Source of the DNA: Candidatus Kuenenia stuttgartensis
GTDB lineage: Bacteria > Planctomycetota > Planctomycetia > Pirellulales > UBA1268
Direction of reading: 5' to 3'
DNA length: 64,000 nt
NCBI GenBank assembly: GCA_945891385.1
Contig: CAMDDJ010000015.1
Coordinates: 1,237 to 65,236 of the forward strand
Shown: piece after piece, positions 33,718-44,462 of the stretch
Layout of the letters: each line of letters starts with the position of its first letter
How positions within the stretch are numbered: position 1 is the first letter of the stretch
Program-made: the position numbers and the translations under genes
Notes under the pieces: generated by a model
Told to the model about the DNA's origin: nothing
Seen by the model: only the letters and a program-made list of their open reading frames with translations
Databases searched by the model: none

Positions 33718-33822
33718 CCCACCCCCCCTGGGGAATGATCTGGGGAATCGTCCTTGCACCCGAGGTCGACCGGGTAGACTCCGCATCAGGGCGTGTGAAC
33801 TGGCAACCCGGGAATTCGAGCC

Positions 33823-35085
33823 ATGACGTCAGCGAACCGCAGGGCCTTTCTCAAGACGGCGGCGGCGACGGCGGGGGCCCTATCAGCAGCCCCGTATCTG
33901 ATCACGTCCAAGGCGCTCGGCGTGGGAGAGATTCCGCCGGCCAGCGATCGGATCGTGATGGCCGGAATCGGGCTCGGCAATCAGGGGTCCGGCGATCAGC
34001 GGCGGTTTCTGGACAATCCCGCTGTCCAATACGTGGCCGTCTGCGATGTGCGAACCAAGTGGCGGGACGAGGCTCGCGGCCGGGCCAACGAGCGGTACGG
34101 CAACAAAGATTGCCAGGCTCTGCTCGATTTTCGCGACCTGCTCGCCCGCGACGATATCGACGCGGTTCACATCGCCACACCCGACCATTGGCATTCCATC
34201 ATGACCGTGGCGGCCTGCCGGGCAGGCAAAGACGTCTTTCTCCAGAAGCCCGAGACGCTCACGCTCGCCGAGGGCCCCGTCATGCTGGCAGCAGCCCGCC
34301 GGTATGGAAGGGTGGTTTCGGGGGGCTCGCAACGGGTTCTGGAGGACTATCGCGACCTCGTCGAGCCCGTCTGGGCCGGCGAGCTGGGGCGCATCACCTC
34401 GATCGACATCGATGCCGGTCCATCGTCGATGGAGTGCTACCTCCCCGCCGTCGCTCCGCCCAACGACATCGACTGGGATCTCTGGCTGGGACCCGCCCCG
34501 TGGCAGCCCTACCATCCGGGGCGCTGCGATGGGAATTTCGGCACCGCGGGTAACAGCTGGCGGTCGTATGTCGACTACTCGGGTGGCAGCCTCACCGATT
34601 GGGGCGCGCATAATTTCGGCGGCTGCCTGTTCGCCGCAGGCCTCGGCGACCTGCAGCCTGATCGGGTCGCCTGGCACTCCGATGACCGCGGAGGCGGCTA
34701 CGCAACGCTGCGGTTTCCGAGCGGTGTCGAACTCCACTGCAATCGTCCGGCTGCCCTCCGGCCGCACGACGCCCCGGCGCAGGTGACGCACCAGCGAGGC
34801 ATCACCCTCCGAGGCGACGGCCAAACGGTTCCTCCGCGGGCTGTGCCGGTGTATCGCGGCAGCCGCGGCCTCCACGGCGACTTCGTCGAAGCGGTGAAGT
34901 CGCGGGAACGACCCTTCCGCGATCTCGACATCGCCATCAATACGATGGTCGCAGCCCACCTTCTGGGCATCGTGCGACAGCTGCGGCGGTCGCTCACCTG
35001 GGATCGGTCGCGGCAGCAGTTTCACGACGACCCGACGGCCAATCGCCTGCTCGACCGGGCCCGCCGCGAACCCTGGATGCTCTGA
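33823..35085 (+). CDS. Gfo/Idh/MocA oxidoreductase, Tat-exported
   Basis: NRRAFLK, ATPDHWH, QKP, WDLWLGPAP. Confidence 0.9.
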   Translation: MTSANRRAFLKTAAATAGALSAAPYLITSKALGVGEIPPASDRIVMAGIGLGNQGSGDQRRFLDNPAVQYVAVCDVRTKWRDEARGRANERYGNKDCQALLDFRDLLARDDIDAVHIATPDHWHSIMTVAACRAGKDVFLQKPETLTLAEGPVMLAAARRYGRVVSGGSQRVLEDYRDLVEPVWAGELGRITSIDIDAGPSSMECYLPAVAPPNDIDWDLWLGPAPWQPYHPGRCDGNFGTAGNSWRSYVDYSGGSLTDWGAHNFGGCLFAAGLGDLQPDRVAWHSDDRGGGYATLRFPSGVELHCNRPAALRPHDAPAQVTHQRGITLRGDGQTVPPRAVPVYRGSRGLHGDFVEAVKSRERPFRDLDIAINTMVAAHLLGIVRQLRRSLTWDRSRQQFHDDPTANRLLDRARREPWML

Positions 35086-35103
35086 ACTCGGAGGAATTGC
35101 TCC

Positions 35104-35835
35104 ATGGCTACCGATCCTCTCGACGCCCCTTTCACGGCCCTGGCGACCTTCGACTGGGGAGGCGATCCCACGCCGCTGGCCGACCTCGAGTCGCGGGTGA
35201 GGGAAGCGGCCGCTGCCCCGCCTCTGGCCGGTGAACTCGAGCCGCGGTTCGCCGAACTGCTCACGTCCTCGGCTCCGCTGGCGGCCAAGGCCTTTGCCTG
35301 CCGACAATTGCGTCTGATCGGGACGGCTCGCTCGGTGCCAGCGCTCGCCGGACTGCTGGCCGATCCGGAGTTGTCGCACATGGCCCGCTTCGCCCTTGAA
35401 CGGATCGATGGACCCGAAGCGGGCCAGACGCTCCGCGAGGCGGTTCCCCGCGTGGGAGACGAGCTCGCGCTCGGCATGATTTCGTCGCTCGCGAACCGCA
35501 GGGACGAGGCAGCGGTGCCGCTCCTCGATGCGCTGCTGAGCGGACCGGAGCCGCTCGCGGTCGCAGCCGCGCTCGCGCTCGGGCGGATCGGCACTCCGGC
35601 GGCCGCCAAATCGTTGGCGGCCGCGTCGGCCGCCTCGGCCCGGTACGCCGACGCCTGGGCCACTGCCCGAATCGACTGCGCCGATCAACTTCTTGCCGAC
35701 GGCGACCGGACTGCGGCGACCGCCCTCTACGAGGCTGTTGCCGCGACCACGGGGCCGGCGGCAGCCAACCGGCGCTCGCGTGGCCTACGCATTGCCGCCC
35801 AGACCGGCCTGCTCGACTGCTTGGAGAACGCGTGA
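35104..35835 (+). CDS. HEAT-repeat protein
   Basis: ACRQLRLIG..SVPALA.LL; ALGRIG repeats. Confidence 0.75.
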   Translation: MATDPLDAPFTALATFDWGGDPTPLADLESRVREAAAAPPLAGELEPRFAELLTSSAPLAAKAFACRQLRLIGTARSVPALAGLLADPELSHMARFALERIDGPEAGQTLREAVPRVGDELALGMISSLANRRDEAAVPLLDALLSGPEPLAVAAALALGRIGTPAAAKSLAAASAASARYADAWATARIDCADQLLADGDRTAATALYEAVAATTGPAAANRRSRGLRIAAQTGLLDCLENA

Positions 35836-35898
35836 CGCCGCCGCCGCGGCCTGCTCACCCTGACAGCTCACCCGATTCTTGATGAGGGACGCCGAGGC

Positions 35899-37302
35899 AT
35901 GACAAGGACGACACGCTGTACGAGTCGATCGATATCCGGGGGCGGCCTCGGGCTCGCATGTCTGCTCCTCCCATGTCTGTTCTCGGCTCTGGCGGTGGCG
36001 GCGGAACCCACCGCGTCGGCCCGCCAGGCGGCAGCGACCGTTCTCGAACTCATGGCCACGGGCGACGCCGACCTGGAGGCTGTGGCGCTCGAACGGGTGC
36101 GGTATGGCCTACGAGGCACATGGTTCACCGCTGCGGCCGGTGAATGCCTTCCGAGACTGCCGCCGGCGCGACAAGCCCGGCTCCTCGCGGCCTTGGCTGA
36201 TCGCGGGGATCCCGCGGCGCTGCCCGCGGCCCGATCACTCGCGTCATCCAGCGACGACGACGTTCGGCTCGCGGCTGTGGGCTTCTTCGGCAGGATGGGT
36301 GAGCCCCAAGACCTTCCGTTTCTCCTCGCCGCCCTCGCTCGTGGCGGCCGCGACGCCGCGGTGGCACGGCGAGCGCTCATCGAGTTCCCGGCAGCCGATG
36401 CCGTGCGAGCCGCGGCCACGACCGCCCCCCCTCCCACCCAGGCCGTTCTGATCGAGGTTCTCGCCGATCGCCGGGATCGGAAGGCATTGCCCATTTTCGC
36501 TGCCGCAGCCGATGGGGATCCCTCCGCCCGTCCGGCGGCGGTCGGGGCCTTGGCCCGGTGTGGAACCGCCCGAGAGCTCGACGCCCTCGTCCGGCCCTTT
36601 TTTCAGACCGCCGGCGACGATCGGAAGGCCGCTGAGGCGGCCATCGTCGCGGTCTGCACCACAGGCAGCGACGCGGGCACTGCCGCTGAATCGTTGGTGG
36701 CGGGGTTTGCGAAACTCGATCCCGAAAGGCAGGAAGCGATGCTTCCCGTCCTCGCCCGGGTAGGTGGCCCCGCCGTCATGGCGATTGTCGACGGCCTGGT
36801 GGCCGACCCGACCACGCGTCGGCGGGGGCTCGAGGCCCTCGCTCGGTGGCCCGATGCCACCGTCACGGATCGCCTGCTGGCCATCCACACCGCCACTGAT
36901 GACGCCGACGAGAAGCAGCTCATCCTCAACGCCCTGATCCGGATCGCACCGCTCCCCGACAACAGGCTCGACGACGCCGGCCGGCTCGCACTGCTCGAAA
37001 CGACGCTCGGCCTGTGCGACCGGGCCGACGATCGGGTCCGGGTGATCGAGCGAGCCAATGCGATCCGCACCTACGAAGCGTTTCGCTTCGTCGCCGGCTT
37101 TCTCGACGATCCGACCCTGGCCGATGCGGCCTGCCGGAGCGTGGTCGAGCTCGCGCACCACCGGACGCTTCGCGACGCCCACAAGGCCGAGTTCATGGCC
37201 GCGCTCGACAAGGTGCTTGCCACCTCGAAGAACCCGGAACTGCGTGACCGGGCTACCCGGTATAAGGCAGGCCAGACCTGGGACCGCAAGCAGAAGGGCT
37301 GA
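35899..37302 (+). CDS. Secreted HEAT-repeat protein
   Basis: Hydrophobic N-terminus; repeated LAALADRGD/VRLAA helical units. Confidence 0.72.
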   Translation: MTRTTRCTSRSISGGGLGLACLLLPCLFSALAVAAEPTASARQAAATVLELMATGDADLEAVALERVRYGLRGTWFTAAAGECLPRLPPARQARLLAALADRGDPAALPAARSLASSSDDDVRLAAVGFFGRMGEPQDLPFLLAALARGGRDAAVARRALIEFPAADAVRAAATTAPPPTQAVLIEVLADRRDRKALPIFAAAADGDPSARPAAVGALARCGTARELDALVRPFFQTAGDDRKAAEAAIVAVCTTGSDAGTAAESLVAGFAKLDPERQEAMLPVLARVGGPAVMAIVDGLVADPTTRRRGLEALARWPDATVTDRLLAIHTATDDADEKQLILNALIRIAPLPDNRLDDAGRLALLETTLGLCDRADDRVRVIERANAIRTYEAFRFVAGFLDDPTLADAACRSVVELAHHRTLRDAHKAEFMAALDKVLATSKNPELRDRATRYKAGQTWDRKQKG

Positions 37303-37320
37303 GGGGTGGTACCATGACCG

Positions 37321-39246
37321 GTGGTGTCAGCGACCTTTGCGGGGGATGAATCGATGCACGGTGGTTGGACTGAGGTGGGATCTCGGGCTGTCGCGGTGCA
37401 ACATTCTTGGTTGACGGCCCTGCTCGTGGTAGTCGCGTCGCTACCCTGCCGTGCGGACGAACAGGCGGAACTCCTCGTCCCCAACTGGGTTGAAGATGCG
37501 GTCTTCTACCAGGTGTTTCCTGAGCGGTTTGCCAACGGCGACCCGACGAACGACCCCAGGCGAGACACGCTCGAGTCCGACGTGCCCGAATCGTGGCAGA
37601 TCTCGCCCTGGACGGGCGACTGGTATGCCCGCGCCGAGTGGGAGCGGGAACTTGGCCCTGACTTTTTCGAGCATGGGGTGTTTCACCGCCGCTACGGCGG
37701 CGATCTGCAGGGCGTGATCGACCGGCTCGATTACCTCCAGGATCTGGGCGTCACCGCGCTCTATCTCAATCCGGTCTTCGAGGCCCGCTCCCTGCATAAG
37801 TACGACGGTAACTCCTTCCACCATGTGGATCGGCACTTCGGGCCGGATCCTGCCGGTGACCTGGCTCTGATGGCCGAAGAGACGGCCGACCCGGCGACCT
37901 GGAAGTGGACTGCCGCCGACAAACTCTTCCTCGAACTGTTGCGGGAGGCCCATGCCCGGGGCCTGCGGGTCGTGATCGATGGCGTCTTCAACCACACGGG
38001 CCGCGACTTCTTCGCGTTTGCCGACGTCCGGCGTCTGGGCCGAACATCGCCCTATGCGAACTGGTACACGATCCACGCCGAGGACGACCCCGTCACGCCA
38101 GAAAACGAGTTTCGCTATCAGTGCTGGTGGGGCATCGACACGCTGCCCGAGTTCGCCGATACGCCCGACGGCAAGGATCTCGGGTCCGGCCCGAAGGACT
38201 ACATCATGGCGATCACCCGCCGCTGGATGGATCCCGACGGCGACGGTGATCCGGCGGACGGCATCGACGGCTGGCGGCTGGACGTGGCCCGCGAGGTGCC
38301 GACCGCCTTCTGGCGAGACTGGCATTCCCTCGTGCAGCGGCTCAATCCCGAGGCGTACACCGTGGCCGAAGAGTGGGACGAGGCGAGTGGCTTTCTCAAT
38401 GCGGCCGATTTCGATGCCACGATGAACTACTTCGGGTTCTCCTTTCCCGTCAAGGGTTTTCTCATCGATGGCACGCTGCCCGCTTCCAAGGCCGTGGCCG
38501 CGTTCGAGGAGCGGCTGGCCGCCCATCCCCGCTCCCGGCGGTATGCGATGCTCAACCTGATCGACGGCCACGACACCGATCGGGTCGCCTCGATGATCGT
38601 CAACGCGGCCCGCCGTCCCTACGAGCAGCCGAACCGCTATGACTTCGACATCGCGGTCTCCCCGCGGCATCATGCCGACTACGACCTCCGCCAGCCGAAC
38701 GCCCGCGAGCGAAGAATCCAGCGGATGGTGGCGGTGATGCAGCAGACGTTCGTCGGCGCACCGATGATCTACTACGGCACGGAAACCGGCATGTGGGGGG
38801 CCGACGACCCCTGCGATCGGATGCCGATGGTCTGGCCGGGCATGCGGTTCGAATCGCAGCAGGCCGACCCGCGGGGCCGGGCGCGGGAGCCGCAGCCGGT
38901 CGCATTCGACCAGTCCTTGTTCGCCTTCTATCGGGCGCTGATCGAGCTTCGCCGGCGGCACGCCAGCCTGCGTCGCGGCGAGGTCGAGTTCCTTCCCACC
39001 GACGATGCAGCCGAGTTTCTCGCCTACGCCCGCACGCTCGACGACGAGCGTCTCCTCGTGGGCTTCAATCGCGGCGGCGCCGAGCATGCCTGGCAGGTGC
39101 CGACGCCTGCCGGTGCGAAGGTCGAGCAGCTCGTCACGGCCTCGGGCGATGTGGGCAAGGTGCGGATCGTGCCGCACGGTGACACGGCGACCGTGAGCCT
39201 GCCGCCGCTCGAAGCGGTGGTGCTTCGTGTCACGCGGGCCGAGTGA
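37321..39246 (+). CDS. GH13 alpha-amylase/neopullulanase-like
   Basis: FYQVFPERF, GGDLQG, DGVFNH, DGWRLDVA, EEW, GHD; start uncertain. Confidence 0.92.
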   Translation: MVSATFAGDESMHGGWTEVGSRAVAVQHSWLTALLVVVASLPCRADEQAELLVPNWVEDAVFYQVFPERFANGDPTNDPRRDTLESDVPESWQISPWTGDWYARAEWERELGPDFFEHGVFHRRYGGDLQGVIDRLDYLQDLGVTALYLNPVFEARSLHKYDGNSFHHVDRHFGPDPAGDLALMAEETADPATWKWTAADKLFLELLREAHARGLRVVIDGVFNHTGRDFFAFADVRRLGRTSPYANWYTIHAEDDPVTPENEFRYQCWWGIDTLPEFADTPDGKDLGSGPKDYIMAITRRWMDPDGDGDPADGIDGWRLDVAREVPTAFWRDWHSLVQRLNPEAYTVAEEWDEASGFLNAADFDATMNYFGFSFPVKGFLIDGTLPASKAVAAFEERLAAHPRSRRYAMLNLIDGHDTDRVASMIVNAARRPYEQPNRYDFDIAVSPRHHADYDLRQPNARERRIQRMVAVMQQTFVGAPMIYYGTETGMWGADDPCDRMPMVWPGMRFESQQADPRGRAREPQPVAFDQSLFAFYRALIELRRRHASLRRGEVEFLPTDDAAEFLAYARTLDDERLLVGFNRGGAEHAWQVPTPAGAKVEQLVTASGDVGKVRIVPHGDTATVSLPPLEAVVLRVTRAE

Positions 39247-39262
39247 CGGCGGGGGACGGCAG

Positions 39263-41548
39263 ATGGCCGCGTTGCTCGCTCGCGCTTCGGTTCTCACGGC
39301 CCTTCTGGTGGTCGGCTTCGGCTGCAGCGGCGGCGACAGCCGCACGACCATCACGATCTGGCACCAGTCACGGCCCAACGAGCGGGAGTTTCTTGCGGAC
39401 GAGATCGCCCGGTTCGAGAACCAGAATCCCGGGGTGCGAGTCCGGCCGCTCTACAAGGAGACCGAAGAGCTCCGCAGCGGCTTCCAGGCCGCGGCCCTGA
39501 CCGGTGCCGGCCCGGAGCTCGTCTACGGTCCGTCCGACGTGCTCGACACCTTCCACACGATGGGTCTGATCCAAGACCTGGGAAGGTGGCTTCCGCCGGA
39601 CGAGCGGGCGGACTTCGTGGCCGGCTCCCTCACGAGCCTGCCCGCTCGCGACGATCCCGCCCGCGAGGAACTCGTGCAGATCGGCGACCGGTTCGGGAAT
39701 CATCTCGCCCTGGTCTACAACCGGCGGCTGCTGCCATCCCCGCCCGAGACGACCGACGAACTCATCCGCCTTGCCCTCGAGCAAACGGTCGATCAGGACG
39801 GCGACGGCCGAATCGATCGCTACGGCCTGGTCTGGAACTACACGGAGCCATTCTTCGCCATCCCGTTCATCACCGGCTTCGGGGGCTGGGTCTTCCAAGA
39901 AGGTGAGTCTCGATCCTCAGTGCCGGAGTCTCGATCTCCAAAGCCCGCCCTCGACACACCGGCCATGCGGGAGGCGCTCGGCTTCATCCGCGATCTCCGG
40001 GAGGTGCACGGTGTCTCGCCGGCCAACTGCGACTACGAGTTGGCCGACTCGCTCTTCAAGTCGGGTCGGGCGGCGATGATCGTCAACGGCGATTGGAGTT
40101 GGTCCGACTATCTGGCCGAGCCGGAGCTCGATGCCGCCGTCGCGGTGCTGCCGGTGGTGTCATCGACGGGCCAGCCGATGCGGCCGATGATCGCTCCGAA
40201 GGGATATTCGCTCAACGTCAACGCCGCGGGGCCGGCGGCGGACGCCGCCATGGCGTTCGTCCGACACATGACGGCAGCCGACACCCAGCGTCGGCTCGTG
40301 GAGCGGCTCCGGATGCTGCCCGTCCGCCGCAGCATCCAAGCCGACCCGCTGTTTCAGTCCGATCCAACGCTCGCCGCCTCCCAGCGGCAGCTGGAGAACG
40401 GCCGGCTGATGCCGGTCGTTACGGAGCTGCGAGCCATCTGGGATGGCATGCGGCCGGGCTATCAGGCGGTGCTCGGGGGCAGCCTCACGCCCGCCGCCGC
40501 GGCCGGGCGGATGCAGGCAGACGCCGAAGGGTTCATCGCCACGATGCACCGGCGGATCGAGCCCAGTCCGGCTGCGACGTGGCTGCCGGCCGTCGCAGGA
40601 CTCGGTTTGCTCGGTCTGCTCGTCTGGCAGCTGCCGGCGTGCGCTCGCCTCCTGGCCGATCTGCGGGCGAACCCGACCGCCTACCTCTTCGCCTTTCCGG
40701 CCGTAGCCATGATTTTCGCAGTGATCGTATTTCCCTTCGTCTGGAACATCGTGCTCTCGCTTTCCGACATGTCGCTGACCAGGTTTCGTGACTGGCGGAT
40801 CGTCGGCTTTCAGAACTACGCCGAGGTGCTCACCGACCCACGGCTCTGGGGACTCAGCGGGGTATTTCTCAAGACGATCCTCTGGACGGTCGTCAACGTG
40901 ACGCTCCATGTCGCGATCGGTGTGATGCTCGCTGTGACGCTCAACGGGCCTGTGCGGGGCAAGTCGATCTACCGCCTGCTCCTGATCATTCCCTGGGCCG
41001 TGCCCGCGTACATCACAGCCCTCACCTGGCGGGGCATGTTTGACTATGAGTACGGCGCCATCAATCTCGTGCTCGGTCGGTGGCTCGGGCTCGCGCCGGT
41101 CAATTGGCTGGGCGAGCCGCTGCGGGCCTTCGAGGCCTGCGTGATCACAAACGTCTGGCTCGGATTTCCCTTCATGATGGTGATCGCCCTGGGTGGGCTT
41201 CAGGGAATTCCCCAGGAACTCTATGAGGCGGCTCGGATCGACCGGGCTGGCCGGTGGCAGCAGTTCTGGCACATCACGCTTCCGCTGCTCAAGCCCGTCC
41301 TGCTCCCGGCCGCCACGCTCGGAGCGATCTGGACCTTCAACAACCTAAACGTCATCTGGCTGGTCTCAAACGGCGGCGAGCCACAAGACTCCACCCACAT
41401 TCTGGTCTCCTACGTTTACAAGTCGGTCTTCAATCTCTACCGCTACGGCTACGGCGCAGCCCTCTCGATGGTGATGTTCCTGATCCTGCTCGGGGCCTCC
41501 CTGGCGTTGTTGCGGCGGGGCAAGGCCACGGAAAACGTCTACGGCTGA
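39263..41548 (+). CDS. Fused maltodextrin solute-binding lipoprotein + MalF-type ABC permease
   Basis: FGC lipobox, SBP domain (ALVYN, AMIVNGDW), then TM region with ELYEAARIDRA. Confidence 0.87.
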   Translation: MAALLARASVLTALLVVGFGCSGGDSRTTITIWHQSRPNEREFLADEIARFENQNPGVRVRPLYKETEELRSGFQAAALTGAGPELVYGPSDVLDTFHTMGLIQDLGRWLPPDERADFVAGSLTSLPARDDPAREELVQIGDRFGNHLALVYNRRLLPSPPETTDELIRLALEQTVDQDGDGRIDRYGLVWNYTEPFFAIPFITGFGGWVFQEGESRSSVPESRSPKPALDTPAMREALGFIRDLREVHGVSPANCDYELADSLFKSGRAAMIVNGDWSWSDYLAEPELDAAVAVLPVVSSTGQPMRPMIAPKGYSLNVNAAGPAADAAMAFVRHMTAADTQRRLVERLRMLPVRRSIQADPLFQSDPTLAASQRQLENGRLMPVVTELRAIWDGMRPGYQAVLGGSLTPAAAAGRMQADAEGFIATMHRRIEPSPAATWLPAVAGLGLLGLLVWQLPACARLLADLRANPTAYLFAFPAVAMIFAVIVFPFVWNIVLSLSDMSLTRFRDWRIVGFQNYAEVLTDPRLWGLSGVFLKTILWTVVNVTLHVAIGVMLAVTLNGPVRGKSIYRLLLIIPWAVPAYITALTWRGMFDYEYGAINLVLGRWLGLAPVNWLGEPLRAFEACVITNVWLGFPFMMVIALGGLQGIPQELYEAARIDRAGRWQQFWHITLPLLKPVLLPAATLGAIWTFNNLNVIWLVSNGGEPQDSTHILVSYVYKSVFNLYRYGYGAALSMVMFLILLGASLALLRRGKATENVYG

Positions 41549-41559
41549 CGGATTGCGCT

Positions 41560-42390
41560 ATGAAAGAACCCATCCGCATCACGCTCCTGCGGCACGCCGT
41601 GCTGCTTGTGTTTGTGGCAGTCGCGATCTACCCGGTGCTCAACGTGGTGTCGATCTCGCTCCGTCCTGGAGACCGGCTCCGCTCCACCGACCTCGCGGTC
41701 ATTCCCACCGACTGGACCCTCGCAAGCTACGTGAAGCTCTTCACGGAGCAGCCTTTTCTCCGTTGGCTGGGCAACTCCCTCGTGGTGTCGGCCGGAGTGA
41801 CCCTCACCGGCGTGACGCTCGCTTCGACGGCCGGCTACGCCTTCAGCCGGTTTCACTTCGTGGGCCGCAAGGCCACGATGCTCGCGATTCTCACGACTCA
41901 GATGTTTCCCGCCACCATGCTCCTACTGCCGCTGTATGTCTTGATCGCGGCCCTCGGGCTGATCGACACCTGGCTCGGCCTCATGGTCTTCTACACGGCA
42001 ACCGCCCTGCCGTTCTGCGTCTGGCAGATGAAGGGCTTCTACGACACGATCTCGCCGTCGCTCGAGGAGGCCGCCCGGATCGACGGCTGCAGCCGGTTTC
42101 AGGCCTTCTGGCATGTGGTCCTGCCGCTCGCCACCCCGGGGCTCGTCATCACGGCGTTATTCAGCTTCATGACCGCCTGGAGCGAATACATCGTGGCGGC
42201 CCAGGTGATGCAGGATGAGCGGATGTTCACGCTGCCCCTGGGCATCAAGGGCTTTCAGGCCACGCTCTCCTCGCAGTGGGGCCTGTACGCGGCCGCGTCG
42301 ATCCTCGTGAGCCTGCCGGTGGTGGTCGTGTTCCTCGCGCTCTCCCGCTATCTCGTCAACGGGCTGACCGTCGGCTCGGTCAAGGAGTGA
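41560..42390 (+). CDS. Sugar ABC permease (MalG-like)
   Basis: TQMFP, LEEAARIDG, TLPLG. Confidence 0.9.
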   Translation: MKEPIRITLLRHAVLLVFVAVAIYPVLNVVSISLRPGDRLRSTDLAVIPTDWTLASYVKLFTEQPFLRWLGNSLVVSAGVTLTGVTLASTAGYAFSRFHFVGRKATMLAILTTQMFPATMLLLPLYVLIAALGLIDTWLGLMVFYTATALPFCVWQMKGFYDTISPSLEEAARIDGCSRFQAFWHVVLPLATPGLVITALFSFMTAWSEYIVAAQVMQDERMFTLPLGIKGFQATLSSQWGLYAAASILVSLPVVVVFLALSRYLVNGLTVGSVKE

Positions 42391-42398
42391 CACCCGTC

Positions 42399-43472
<1,074 letters not shown>

Positions 43473-43513
43473 TGCCCAGGCCCGCACCGAGCCAGTGCAG
43501 CCAGAGTTGACCC

Positions 43514-43698
43514 GAGGCTCGGGGGTCGGCGAACGCTCGCGGAGCAATCGGGGCGTATCCTCGCCCGCAACGCGACTTTTGCCGCCCCCGAGCCGGTGCG
43601 TACCGTTTGACGGAGGCTCGGGGGTCGGCGAACGCTCGCGGAGCAATTGGGGCGTGTCCTCGCCCGCGACGCGACTTTTGCCGCCCCCGAGCCGGTGC
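43514..43698. repeat. Two tandem 86-bp hairpin (REP-like) units
   Basis: 43514-43599 and 43613-43698, 3 mismatches; each bounded by GGCTCGGGGG/CCCCCGAGCC. Confidence 0.85.
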
Positions 43699-44438
43699 TA
43701 TCGAGAACCCGAAGACGCTCGACGCGGCGGGAGCCTGATTCCCTGAGCCTGCAACTGCCGCTCGACCTGACCGGCCCAGCCGCGGTTGGCCGCGGGGCTG
43801 GCCGGGCTTGGATGGAGGATCGTTCCGATGGGCGGACCAGAGACGCCCAGCGCCTTGGCCGCCCGGGCGGCGGCAAACGCCCCGACCCCGATCACCCGCC
43901 TCGGGCCGCACCATCGCACGAGCCGCCGCAGCGCCTCGTCGCAAACGCGGAACAGCGGCTCCTGCTCCCGGGCCGGCAGCTTGTCGGGCGTACGGTTTCG
44001 GCCCGACTCTTCCATGAACACGAGCGGACAGTAATTGATGACGAGAAACTGCCGGCTGAACCGCTCGGCCGTGCCAAACCGCGCTCTGGCCCAGCCCCAG
44101 AACCGCTGGCCGCTCACCTCGCTGCGACCGCAGGCGAAGCCCTCGATCGGCCGCTTCGGATGGAGGATCGGTGGCTGATCCACGCGAGCGACGATCCCGA
44201 GGAACTCGCGAACCAGGCTTACCTCGCCGAAGGGTACTCCCGTCTGGGCCATGCCCCAGGGCCCCGGGTTCATGCCCACCAGGATCGCATCCACGTCCTG
44301 GCGGGCGTGCTCGCGGAGATAGGCCTCGTGCGGCCGCCGGGCGTAGGCGAGCGGGTTGTAAACACACGCGGTGGGCGGCCCGAACTCGAGCCGCTCCACC
44401 TCGCGGGCCAGCCAGCGTGAGATCGAAACGGGCGTCAT
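43698..44438 (-). CDS. SMUG1-type (family 3) uracil-DNA glycosylase
   Basis: GMNPGPWGMAQTGVPFG, SEVSG.RFW, NYCPL, HPSP. Confidence 0.9.
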   Translation of the reverse strand: MTPVSISRWLAREVERLEFGPPTACVYNPLAYARRPHEAYLREHARQDVDAILVGMNPGPWGMAQTGVPFGEVSLVREFLGIVARVDQPPILHPKRPIEGFACGRSEVSGQRFWGWARARFGTAERFSRQFLVINYCPLVFMEESGRNRTPDKLPAREQEPLFRVCDEALRRLVRWCGPRRVIGVGAFAAARAAKALGVSGPPIGTILHPSPASPAANRGWAGQVERQLQAQGIRLPPRRASSGSR

Positions 44439-44462
44439 GCCCGGGATCGTATCACAGCGCCG

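Noticed and set aside
43514-43698. CRISPR array or IS element
   Set aside because: Only two 86-bp units with a 13-bp gap; no transposase or cas gene nearby
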